64,000 nt of DNA from Paraspadella gotoi (Eukaryota > Animalia > Chaetognatha): positions 6,189,992 to 6,253,991 of the forward strand of contig CM119267.1 of assembly GCA_051294375.1 (NCBI GenBank). The letters are read 5' to 3'. The first letter of the stretch is position 1. Every line of letters starts with the position of its first letter. Both the position numbers and the translations under genes were made by a program. The notes beneath the pieces are model-generated. The model was not told where the DNA came from. It did not search any database and saw only the letters and a program-made list of their open reading frames with translations. Positions 48,287 through 58,421 of this stretch are shown piece after piece.

Positions 48287-49522
48287 ATGAATGTCAACAA
48301 AGTCGTGGGTCTGTCTAGAGGCGCGAGATGTTTAAACTTAATTCGGACTTGTTCCCACGAGGCTGGCCTCGCCCCCAAAAGGGAAAGCCTTACTTCTCAC
48401 TTGGAGCTTTTGTCGCGTGCGCCAACAGTATCGCCGAATACCGAAAGTCTGTCTTCGAATGAGATTAACGGAACAGGGAAACGCCCCATGGTCGTGATTT
48501 TCAGTTGGTTGTTGGCCAAGAATCGACCTCTGTCCAAATTTCGAGAGTACTACGACGAGAAAGGCTACGACGTTTTGACCGTGAAGACGTCGCCCTCCGA
48601 CCTCGTCTGGCCAAAAAGGGCACAAGTCGTTGTCCAGGTCCATTTCTATTTCATATAATCTACTTTATTCATAGAATTTATTCTCTCCCTTTTTTACTTT
48701 ATTGGCTAATAAACCTATAACTAAAAAAAATATCCGATTTTCCTCATTTCCAAAAAAAAAAAAAAAAACGCTTGAAGGACATGCTCGAGTTTTTGTCCGA
48801 AGATAAACAAGTAGATCGTCCGCTGCTCGTCCACGGATTTTCAATCGGCGGCTACCTCTACGGAGAAACGTTGATGCGCACGAATCCCGGGACCAAATTC
48901 GAACACGTCCAACCGCGGATCAAGGGTCAAATTATGGACAGTCCGGTCGACGTCGACGGAGTCCCAGGTCCGTCGACAAATCCTAAGTATCTATCAAATT
49001 TCACGAACTAGTTCTTCCAATTATCGATTTATCTTCACAGACGGCGTTTCTCGAACCGTCTTTAAAAATAGTGTCGTCGGTCAGAAAGCCATGAAGGGTC
49101 TCATTCATTCGTACATGTATTCTACTTATCCTTTCACTGGGCGTCACTACAACGCCGCTTCGCGCCATTTACACGCGAATCCTGTCCGCCACGCCCCGTC
49201 GCTGTGGCTGTATTCCTCCGCGGGTGAGGCTCATTTTATTTTGCTTTGGATGTTAGTTGAACCAAATATCTTTAGATTAAAGATAAGTTAACAATTTTAC
49301 TTGGCTTTTTGACTCGTTATTTAATTTTCTGTTGTTTTTGCAGACGGTTTTGTCGAAGCCGAGGACGTAAAAAACGTCATTCGTAAGTGGGAAAGCAGGG
49401 GAATTTTATGCCTTCAAAAATGTTGGAACAATTCTCCGCACATAATGCATTTTCATTACAACAACGAAGAGTATGTTTCGCTCCTTGACAACTTCATGGA
49501 TCTTGTTAATGGATCCCAATAA
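48287..49522 (+). CDS. TMEM53/DUF829-family alpha/beta-hydrolase-like protein; 4 exons
   Basis: PMVVIFSWLLA, Y.EKGYDVLTV, LLVHGFSIGGYLY, GQIMDSP, PSLWLYSSAD, WNNSPHIMH. Confidence 0.8.
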
Positions 49523-50460
49523 TGATCTTTTTTTTTGGCTTCTTCTTGCTTTCTATTATTAAGTGATCGCTTATAAATTTTGATTTAAAAACCAGTAAGT
49601 CCCTCGGCCAGTGAGTCAATTTTTTAAGTTCTCTCCCCCCTCCCCCAAGTTATTGCACCTCTTCTGTGATATCCCTACAAGCTCGACTGGAGAATAGGGT
49701 AATCGCTTATGTTTGATATATATCTTGCAGACGTAGATTGTCAACAATTTAAAAATACCATTTTGTTATCGAGGTTGTTTGTACTGTATGAAATTTGCAA
49801 ATATCGTTCGATACTTTTTTAAATAATTCAATATTGCACACTCAAACAAAATAGGGAAGCTGTAATTATTAATCACCTTCATCTCACAATTCTGAATTGA
49901 TTGGGATATTCATTATGCAGATTTTTTTCCTGCATCGTGATTCAATTTATCCTCTTTTTTCCACTGGTCTTTCTTCTGGACATTTTCCAGTTACCCTTTT
50001 AGTTATGAAACTTTTTTTACACAGTTTCTAAAATTAAGTTACGATTATATTTCAAAAAAAAAATATTACTTAATTTTTGCTTTTAGTTAAAATTTAGATA
50101 TACATATAGTTTGATTTCATATCGTGAGTCGCTTTGGCTGCTTCCTTCTTTAAACGGGTTGAAACTGGCTGTGTCCTTTCTTTATTAATATTTTTTTGTT
50201 TTAGCTCCTGCCACAGGCTCATAGTTTTTAGGTATTAATCTTGACCCACTCTACCACCGATATAAAAATTGAATAATTTTAATGACGATATCTCTAAAAG
50301 TCAAAAAAGTTTGTAATTTCGGTTATTTTCTCAACACACTCATTTTTTTTGGTATCAATCTTTAAGTGAGCATTGGCTCAGAAATTTGCAGACGTAATTG
50401 GTTTTATCCTATGATTTTATGACTGTGTGAACGGAATGATTCTAACGGGGGGCATCTTAT

Positions 50461-50470
50461 ANNNNNNNNN
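50461..50470. other. Assembly gap (10 N)
   Basis: nnnnnnnnnn in the sequence. Confidence 1.
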
Positions 50471-50559
50471 NAACCACAAATTATTCTGCTACATGATTTT
50501 GATGTGTCAACTAGTTACAAGTTTTGAAAAAAAATCTAAATTTTAGGAAGAAAAGAAGT

Positions 50560-51936
50560 ATGTCAGCTCGCAAGACTGGAACTTTAAGCTTCGTAATATT
50601 GACGTTACTGTCAGTTTCAAAAACAATTAACCTTCCCAACGATGCAAAACTCAACGATGAAAACGGCGAAGTTTTCGTCGCGTCCGAAGAGTGGAGACCG
50701 GTCGCCAAGGGTCAGCGAATACCGCCGGGTCTCCACGTTCGGATGAACTTGCAAACGGGGGAAACCGAAGCCAAGCTGATGAACGAAGATTCCCGCTCGG
50801 CTTCGGACCTGATCCCAACCGAAAGGAATTTCGACGGTAACGAGGACGAAGCATCCGTCACGAAAAACTTTCAAGAGTCTATCGGAGCCGTGAACGATTT
50901 CTCCACCGCTGACACGGACGGTGCCGCCGCACTCGAGTCGAATAAAAAATTCCGCGACATCGAGACTTTGAAGGACGAGTTAAAGGATCTCTTCGATGTC
51001 GAGATGAAGACCGACGGAGAAATTATGAAGTCCTTGATGTCAAAATACAACTCTTCCAGCTCACTCGACGAAAAACTTGATATCCTCTACAATCTCGAAT
51101 ACCACTTGCATCGGTACGACAACGCCATCGATTTCGCGGCCATGGACGGATTCAGACTCCTAATCTTTGATATGAGCAACGCTTCGTCGCCGAAACTAAA
51201 GAGCGGCGTCGCTCATTGCCTCGGTTCCGCAATTTCCAGCAATCCTAAGATGCAGATCGAAGCGATGAAGTTGGGATTGCTCGACGCGTTGCTCAGTGGA
51301 CTCGCAACATCTCGACCCGCTGCTACCGTCGCCAACGACTCGGACGACCTCGTCCATCTCAGTCGAACCATCTACGCGATTTCTGCCCTGACCCGAAACT
51401 TTCCTTTCGCGCAACGACGATTCCTTCTCCAAGGCGGAGCAAATCTTTCCATGGCCGCCATGGATTTCGCTTTCACTCGCAACGCCGACGGACGCTTTCT
51501 CAAATTGGCCTTGAAAATTGCGGGGTTTATTGCCGACCTTGCGGGAGAGAAGAGACGACTCTCTCGGCCCTCTTCTGAAGTAGACTTTTCATCAGAAGAG
51601 GACGCGACGAAACTGGAGCAATACGATCGAGTCGACGTTCTCGACGACGTCAAGGACTTCGGTTGGTGCGAGAAACTCGCTCGCCTCTCCTCCTTCGTTT
51701 CCAATTCAAACTCCCTCGATCTCATCGACAAACTCGTCGTCGTCCTCGAAGAGGCGGAGTGCGAAGTCGGCGCCGACGCAGCGGTGTGGGTGGCGGAGAT
51801 GGAGAAGACGTTGACTCCTCTCTCGGAAGAGGAGGAAGTGGATGAAGGAGAGAACGGTGATAAAACTGTCAGGAATTTGAGGGACAGGCTTAAAATGGTT
51901 TTGAATGTTACCAGTGCCTCCAAAACTGAACTCTAA
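50560..51936 (+). CDS. SIL1: ER nucleotide exchange factor SIL1, intronless
   Basis: Signal peptide, EWRPVAKGQRIPPGLHVRMNLQTGETEAKL, LEYHLHRYDNAIDF, LGSAISSNPKMQ; ER-retention signal KTEL. Confidence 0.93.
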   Translation: MSARKTGTLSFVILTLLSVSKTINLPNDAKLNDENGEVFVASEEWRPVAKGQRIPPGLHVRMNLQTGETEAKLMNEDSRSASDLIPTERNFDGNEDEASVTKNFQESIGAVNDFSTADTDGAAALESNKKFRDIETLKDELKDLFDVEMKTDGEIMKSLMSKYNSSSSLDEKLDILYNLEYHLHRYDNAIDFAAMDGFRLLIFDMSNASSPKLKSGVAHCLGSAISSNPKMQIEAMKLGLLDALLSGLATSRPAATVANDSDDLVHLSRTIYAISALTRNFPFAQRRFLLQGGANLSMAAMDFAFTRNADGRFLKLALKIAGFIADLAGEKRRLSRPSSEVDFSSEEDATKLEQYDRVDVLDDVKDFGWCEKLARLSSFVSNSNSLDLIDKLVVVLEEAECEVGADAAVWVAEMEKTLTPLSEEEEVDEGENGDKTVRNLRDRLKMVLNVTSASKTEL

Positions 51937-52141
51937 TTCATGATTTAATTTTGCCCCGTTTCTAGTCACATAATATTGATTTTTTTCATTTTGATTTTTT
52001 TTTTAGTCTAACCACAAACTTCAATCTGTGATCGCAGGACTCTTCTCAAGGTTCGTGATTTTCTATTCGCCTTAAGACTTTCATGATGAGAAGACGTTTG
52101 ACTGATCTTCATCCCTGAAATTAAAAAAAATCCATATCACG

Positions 52142-53098
52142 ATGGATTTACCCGACCCGAATCCGACCGGACAGTACCGTTACCTCTTGGTGGATCAAAC
52201 ATCCCAGGTCGACTCGGCCGTGAGGGAGATTAAGTCCAAGGTTCGACCCGGATACTGCCCCTCCCTGGCTGTGGATCTCGAAGGCGTTAGCTTGGGTCGC
52301 AACGGCTCCGTGACGGTGCTTACCATCGCCACCTCTGACACCGTCTTCATCTTCGACGTTCTCAAGCTAGGTGCGGGCGCATTTCACGCCGGCCTCAAGG
52401 ACATTCTCGAAGATCCCAAGAGCGAAAAGCTGATGTTCGACTGTCGCCACGACGCCGACGCTTTGTGGCACCTCTACCGCGTTCGCCTCGATGGTGTGCT
52501 CGATCTACAAATCATGGACGTTTTGCTACGGAGGACCCTTCGATCCAAGTCCTTCCCGATGCAGCACCGCAAAGCCCACATGATCCACAAGGGCGTGGAA
52601 AGGCTGAACGGTTACGGCTCCTGCGCCTCCTACCACGTCCTCGAGCTTCGCGCCGAGATGCTCAGGTTCAAGGAGGCGGGCAAGAATCTGCTCCTTCAGC
52701 GGATGGACCTGTGGAATCATCGACCGCTCACTGAAGAGATGATCAGCTACTGCTGCATCGACACGGCGCCGATGTTCAAACTCTTCGACGCTCTGTCTGG
52801 AAAGATGCTTAGCAAGTTCAAGGGGCCCGAATATATGGCTCGGGCCCGTAGTGCCTCGAAGCAGTACGTCGATAACTTGCGCAAGATGAAGACGTTCGGG
52901 GGAACTGAGTTTGAGGAGCACAACTATTTGCCCTTTGACATGGACGTCTTTCTGGAATTTGAAGAAGTCCCACCCGAAGAGGGCGGACTAGTTTGCCCGA
53001 ACTGCAAGCGGATTTTTAGCGATTGTTACTACCTTTCGGTTCATCGTTCCTGCATAGTGTGCTTGAAAATTATGCAGGAGCGTTCTCAAGCTTGTTAG
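52142..53098 (+). CDS. EXD1/Egalitarian-like DEDDy 3'-5' exonuclease with a C-terminal Cys cluster, intronless
   Basis: ExoI LAVDLEGV, FIFDVL, LKDILED..KLMFDCRHDADAL, LDLQI, W..RPLTEEMISYCCID; C-terminal CPNC...CIVC. Confidence 0.82.
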   Translation: MDLPDPNPTGQYRYLLVDQTSQVDSAVREIKSKVRPGYCPSLAVDLEGVSLGRNGSVTVLTIATSDTVFIFDVLKLGAGAFHAGLKDILEDPKSEKLMFDCRHDADALWHLYRVRLDGVLDLQIMDVLLRRTLRSKSFPMQHRKAHMIHKGVERLNGYGSCASYHVLELRAEMLRFKEAGKNLLLQRMDLWNHRPLTEEMISYCCIDTAPMFKLFDALSGKMLSKFKGPEYMARARSASKQYVDNLRKMKTFGGTEFEEHNYLPFDMDVFLEFEEVPPEEGGLVCPNCKRIFSDCYYLSVHRSCIVCLKIMQERSQAC

Positions 53099-53312
53099 TT
53101 TAAAGTTTATACGTATTTATTTAAACTATTTAAATTTGCATTTAAAAAAAAAAATCGCCATTTGCGATACTTCAAATCAAAACAAACCTATTTATAGTTT
53201 CGATTTTTCCTTTTTTTTTTTTTGCAGTTTTAAAAATTTGTATGTTTTCTCCTTTTCATCCAACTTTTAAACTTGTTAGTTAATGAAGAGTTAATCGTCG
53301 GGAGGCCCGTCG

Positions 53313-56094
53313 ATGAAGATGACGACGTGCAAATCGGCCCAGGACTTTAACGATGACTTTAACGTCATGATTCCCGCTCGAAAGGCCACACCATCTTCAG
53401 TCATTCGCGTAAAGACCGTATCTCGCGAGGGTGAGGACGGTCACCCGTCCGTCCCGAATCATGTGCCCCATGAACCGTACAAGGGCGCTGTGTGGAGCAA
53501 ACCCGTACGCTTGGGCGGCACCCGGGTCCGTAGCTACTCGTCACTCTCGTTGAGGGGGAGCGCCACTAGCGCACCAGATACTTCGACGGGAGAGGAGAGG
53601 AAAACTCGATCCTCGTCGGGCGTTGATGGTAAGGGTAGGACAGGGTTGGAAAATGTTTTCGAAAATTAGAAATATGAATTAACTTAAGACGATTTTTTAG
53701 TTGCGACGCGAGTACTCGCGGAGCAACTCCATAAGTCACTTTTCGGTCCGTCGGTCGGTCGGTATGTCTCTCCGTCAGTCTATCTCACTTACGTTAAAAA
53801 CGTTTATATTGTATTGTATTTTTTTATACAGCGGGTCCGAGGACCATAGGCCACAGTGGTTTTACAAAACACAAAGTAGATAATAGTAATGCAAACAATA
53901 ACACGATCAGTAGAGCATCAAAATTAGGTTTTAAAAAACATAGCAAATTTAAATACTGAATAGGATAGTTATGTCCTTAATTGAGGGGTAACTAAATAAT
54001 TATAATTATAACTTGCCTATAGTTTGTTGCTCATTTGTTAAAAATCAAATCTAAGCAAATACTGGCGCCGATTTTTATTTAAAAAAAAATCTTATAAACT
54101 ATAAGGAATAAATGATATGATAAGTAAAAAGAAAAGTAATGCGGCGCAACACCTTGGAATAACCGTTCCTTGTTTTACTTTAACAACGTTGATGTGTACG
54201 TTTGTCATTAAACATCATCATTGTTAAAATAAAAGTAAATTGTCTTTGGTTAATTATCTAAACTCAACGCAAAGTAATAAACAAACAATCAAATAAGAAT
54301 AAAAAACGAAACATGTGCTCAAAAAGCGGATTATTTTAAAGGGCTCGTCCAAGCGCCTGGCCTCAACCACTCGATCCTTGCTCCAAAACTCTCCCCGACT
54401 CACGAGCGACCCGTTTCGGTCGTCGTTCCCGTGAAGAACCCATCGACGTCCGTCTCCCTCGAAGCTTCCAGTTTCCAAGGCTCCTCATCGGAAGCAATGC
54501 GGGTCGAGATTCTCCGGCTGCGAGAAGAGAACCGTCGCCTTCAAGCCCTTCGTCGAAGCGGAGACGCCGTTGACGAAGCTGCTGCGTCTTCGGCATCCCC
54601 CGATTCATTGGCCGAAGAGAACCGGCGCCTGAGCGAAACGGTGAAGGCGCTCAACTCCCAGCTTCAGGTTCAGGCTCAAGTCAATCAGGACCTGAAGAAG
54701 CTCGTTATCGCCTCGATCGGCGACGATCTCCAGTACCGGTGAGAATTGAAAAGGGTTTTTATTTGTTGTAATTTCGCTTTTGTGGAGAATAATTAATTTA
54801 GGTTGATTTAAGTTAATTTAAGGTGATTATCTTGTCACGAATTATTTGTAAGGATTTGAATGACGAAAAGAAAAAGAAAAATTCCCGCAGCTTTATTCCT
54901 CCCACCGAGGGTGATTAAACTCGTTCGTTTAGTTTCGAAACGATTTCCTCGTCTCGAGCTCAGTTGGATCAAGAGGCCAATCATCTCCTCAAGTCTCTCG
55001 ACGACACGAGGGAAGAGTTGGAGAAGAGGTCGATCGAATGCGACGTCTGGAAGTCCAAGTTCGTCGCCAGCCGAGTCATCATCGACGAGTTGGGTCAGTG
55101 GAAGTCCTCCTTTCATGCGAAGCACAAAGAGATGAAGGTTAGTCGTTTTGTCAACTTATTTTAAAATTCAAATATAAACTTTTCAAACTCTTATCTCACG
55201 AGACGAGTTTTCCTTATAGGCCTAATTATTTTTAGCGGTTGAGAAAACCAGAAAATGAGAATCCTATCTTTTCGCTTTCTTTTTAGAGAATTCTCCGACT
55301 CTTGATCGACGAACAGGAATCTCTTCATTCTCTTGAAACGGCCACGAGCAAGAATTTATCAGAGTTGTCCTTTCTTCTTTGCCAAAGGTACACTTTTTTG
55401 AAGATTTAAAGATTTTCTTACACCTTTTATGCCATGAGTCATAGATCGGGCGTCTTCTTTTCCTACCACGTCAAAGATACCCCAGGGTGACTCGTAAGGC
55501 GGACGATCTTTGTCTAAACCAGACAAAGGAAAAAACGAGAACAAAGGAGAACCGTAATTTGCTGGAAGTCGCGCGGGAGAATCGATCCGTGGCTCAGACG
55601 TTGAACATTCAAGTCGCGGCCCTCATCCAAGTCGCCGCCGATCGATCAACTCTCTCGTCGATTAACTCACAGTCGCCCAGCGTTCTCCACGAACCCGGCC
55701 AAGCCCTCGCCAAAAAATCGTCCGTCATTCTCACGCCGGCCGGAAGCCTCGCCTTGGAAATCCTTGATGTCGGTGAGTCAGCGAAATTTGGGGGGAAAGC
55801 CGGATACGAGGCCTTCGTTCGATCGTTCATTTGAAATTGCTTACTGAGCGAAACTGTGTGTTTATGTTATCACTATAACACTATAAAAATAGGGGCCCCT
55901 TAAAGCGGCTTTTTATTGGATTTGATTTAATTAAAGCCTCAAGTTTTAATTCTTTTTCAGACGAATCTCCTCCCGCGCCTTCAGCCAACGACGCCATAGC
56001 TTATCTCGACAACGTTTTGTCTCTTCCTCGATCAAACGTCGACTTTACTTTTAAGTGTTGCGAAAAGTGTAACGGCGAAATCAAAACCATTTGA
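53313..56094 (+). CDS. BLZF1: Golgin-45; ~7 exons
   Basis: QLQVQAQVNQDLKKLVIASIGDDLQYR, IECDVWKSKFVASRVIIDEL, C-terminal FTFKCCEKCNGEIKTI*. Confidence 0.88.
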
Positions 56095-56548
56095 AATTGG
56101 CTCCTTGTCATCATCAAAGGTGGTAGATTTGCTTTAGCTCCATGATTTTATTGATAATAATTATTAACAATGTAACGAAAGGCTGGCGTGCTTAGGCGCA
56201 CCGATAAAGAATCTGTATTCCATTCGAAAAGGCTTAGTGTTGAATACAATAATTCAATGGTTTATTATTAGTTCTTTCCGCCCAAAGAATAAAATTAGAA
56301 ATTCTTGTTCTTTATCTCATGCTGAGTTGCAGATTTAAAATTCTAGTCAGTCATTCAAGAAATTTTATTTTTCAATGATACTTTTTTTTCTCAAAAATAA
56401 AAGCTAAAGCAAATCTATCGTCGCCCACGCTATAGATTGAATTTTTTTACCGTTTTTACCGGCGAAATATAATTTATTTACGATAAAACATTCTGCGTTT
56501 AATAAAATTTTCAAAAAAAGTGATCAATCAATTTTGCATTCATTCTAA

Positions 56549-58192
56549 ATGTCGAACAACCGCGTCGCCGAGTCAGAAGACGAAAAGAAAGACTTTCTCG
56601 AGAAGGGTAAACGAAGCGACGAACTAGAAACCCGCATAGAGACTCATCGCAGAGGGAAAAGATGGATCTGTGGTTGTATTTTACTCCATGGTGTTACTTT
56701 GATCGCTGCCCTCCTGCTTACCTGTCTGGTCTTCGCCCTGCTTCCACCCGACGATATCATTGACAGAGATACTTATTTTACTCCTCGTAACCTCTGCCTG
56801 CCCGTTTTTGACGACGCAAACCACGAGGCAGTAAATGTCGAGGCTCTGGCCGAAGCCGTCCGCCATCGTACCGTATCTTACAGCGACAGTCGCGATAAGG
56901 ATTTGGATGCCAAGCGCGGATTCCTTGAGTTCCTGCGGCGCAAGTTTCCTCGGCTGCATGACGCCTCTCGCATTGAACTGACGAAGATTGGCGAAGTTAG
57001 TATAATGTTCGAAATTCGAGGCAGCAACGAAACGCTCAAGCCTTACTTGCTCATCGCGCACACGGATGTGGTACCTGCCGACGCCATGGATGGGTGGGAA
57101 TTTGATCCCTTCGAAGGTAAAGTGACGGAAGACTTTGTATATGGTCGCGGGACTCTGGACATGAAGGCTTCCCTCATTGCTATTGCCAGCACATTAGAGA
57201 AAAAATTGAATTCGTCGTCATGGAAGCCTCAGCGAACCATTCTCTTCTTTTGCGGACATGATGAGGAAATCGGGGGCTGGGAAGGTGCTGGTGCTGCTTC
57301 CGACCTGTTGAGAAAACGAGGCACACGCCTCGAATTCATCCTCGACGAAGGGTTTTCGGTCACTAAAAACTTTTTTAAAGGGCTTGATCAGGACGTTGCT
57401 CTCGTAGGTGTCTCGGAAAAGGGCTTCCTCTCGGTAGAGATTGAGGCAATGTCCGAAGCTGGCCATTCTTCAATCCCACCGGCAAAGATGGCGATACCCA
57501 ATTTGGCCGAGGCGCTCCTGGCATTGCGAGATAACCCTTTGCCATTTCATTTTGATCCCGATGACTTGAACAGAAAGACCATTGACATTCTGGCCCCCTA
57601 CTTTTCATTTGTGCAAAAGTTTGTTCTACGGAATTCATGGTTATTCGGATGGATCACCAAGATTTTCATGCAGCGATCGCCAGTCACGTCAGCCTTGGCA
57701 CGAACCACTACCGCCTTCACCATGATCTCTGGTGGGGTCAAGGATAACGTCCTGCCAAAATCGGCCAAGGCCTTAGTCAATCACCGAATTCATCCCCGCG
57801 ATAACATGAGCCTAGTTTTGGAGTGGGACCAGCGAGTTCTTCAAGATTTTGACGTGACAGTTCATTTACCAAACACAACGTGGGCCAATGAGCCGGCACC
57901 GGTGGCCCCATATGGTGCTAACGACGCTGCCTATCATGTGATTAAAGGCGCCATTCACGCTGTTTTCGGCAATGTTCTTGTTGCGCCCGCATTGACCGTG
58001 GGTGGGACCGATTCCAAACACTTTGTCGATCTGAGCGAGTGCGGCGCTTATAGATTTGCTCCCTTCGTTTTGGACAAATCTATGAAAGACTCAAAGCGAT
58101 TTCATGGGGTTAACGAGCGATTAGATAAAAATGTTTTTGTTAAGATGATTCGCTTCTACGAAGCAGTTATCATTTTGGCTGACCAAATTTAA
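56549..58192 (+). CDS. PM20D1: M20 family N-fatty-acyl-amino-acid hydrolase / carboxypeptidase PM20D1-like, intronless
   Basis: KPYLLIAHTDVVP, YGRGTLDMK, GHDEEIGG, FILDEG, GVSEKG, GHSSIPP, GGVKDNVLP, GGTDSKHF, FHGVNER. Confidence 0.9.
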   Translation: MSNNRVAESEDEKKDFLEKGKRSDELETRIETHRRGKRWICGCILLHGVTLIAALLLTCLVFALLPPDDIIDRDTYFTPRNLCLPVFDDANHEAVNVEALAEAVRHRTVSYSDSRDKDLDAKRGFLEFLRRKFPRLHDASRIELTKIGEVSIMFEIRGSNETLKPYLLIAHTDVVPADAMDGWEFDPFEGKVTEDFVYGRGTLDMKASLIAIASTLEKKLNSSSWKPQRTILFFCGHDEEIGGWEGAGAASDLLRKRGTRLEFILDEGFSVTKNFFKGLDQDVALVGVSEKGFLSVEIEAMSEAGHSSIPPAKMAIPNLAEALLALRDNPLPFHFDPDDLNRKTIDILAPYFSFVQKFVLRNSWLFGWITKIFMQRSPVTSALARTTTAFTMISGGVKDNVLPKSAKALVNHRIHPRDNMSLVLEWDQRVLQDFDVTVHLPNTTWANEPAPVAPYGANDAAYHVIKGAIHAVFGNVLVAPALTVGGTDSKHFVDLSECGAYRFAPFVLDKSMKDSKRFHGVNERLDKNVFVKMIRFYEAVIILADQI

Positions 58193-58421
58193 TATTTAGG
58201 GCTACGACTTTTCATTACTATTTTATAATTGTTGCGGTGATCACTAGTTATTACGTAGTTATTACAATTAGTATGTCTTCTTTTCATACAGTAAGGGTGT
58301 GTTATTTAACTTGATTTATTTAAATATAAGTGGTTTATGTAGTGGACTAGTGGTGCTTGATGGTTTGTAATTTAACCATGATTTTATGTTTTTTAGAGTT
58401 TTATTTATACCTATTGAAAAA

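Noticed and set aside
52083-52118. ATGATGA...CTGA C/D-like boxes in the SIL1-EXD1 spacer
   Set aside because: The boxes are only ~36 nt apart, with no terminal stem and no convincing rRNA antisense element.
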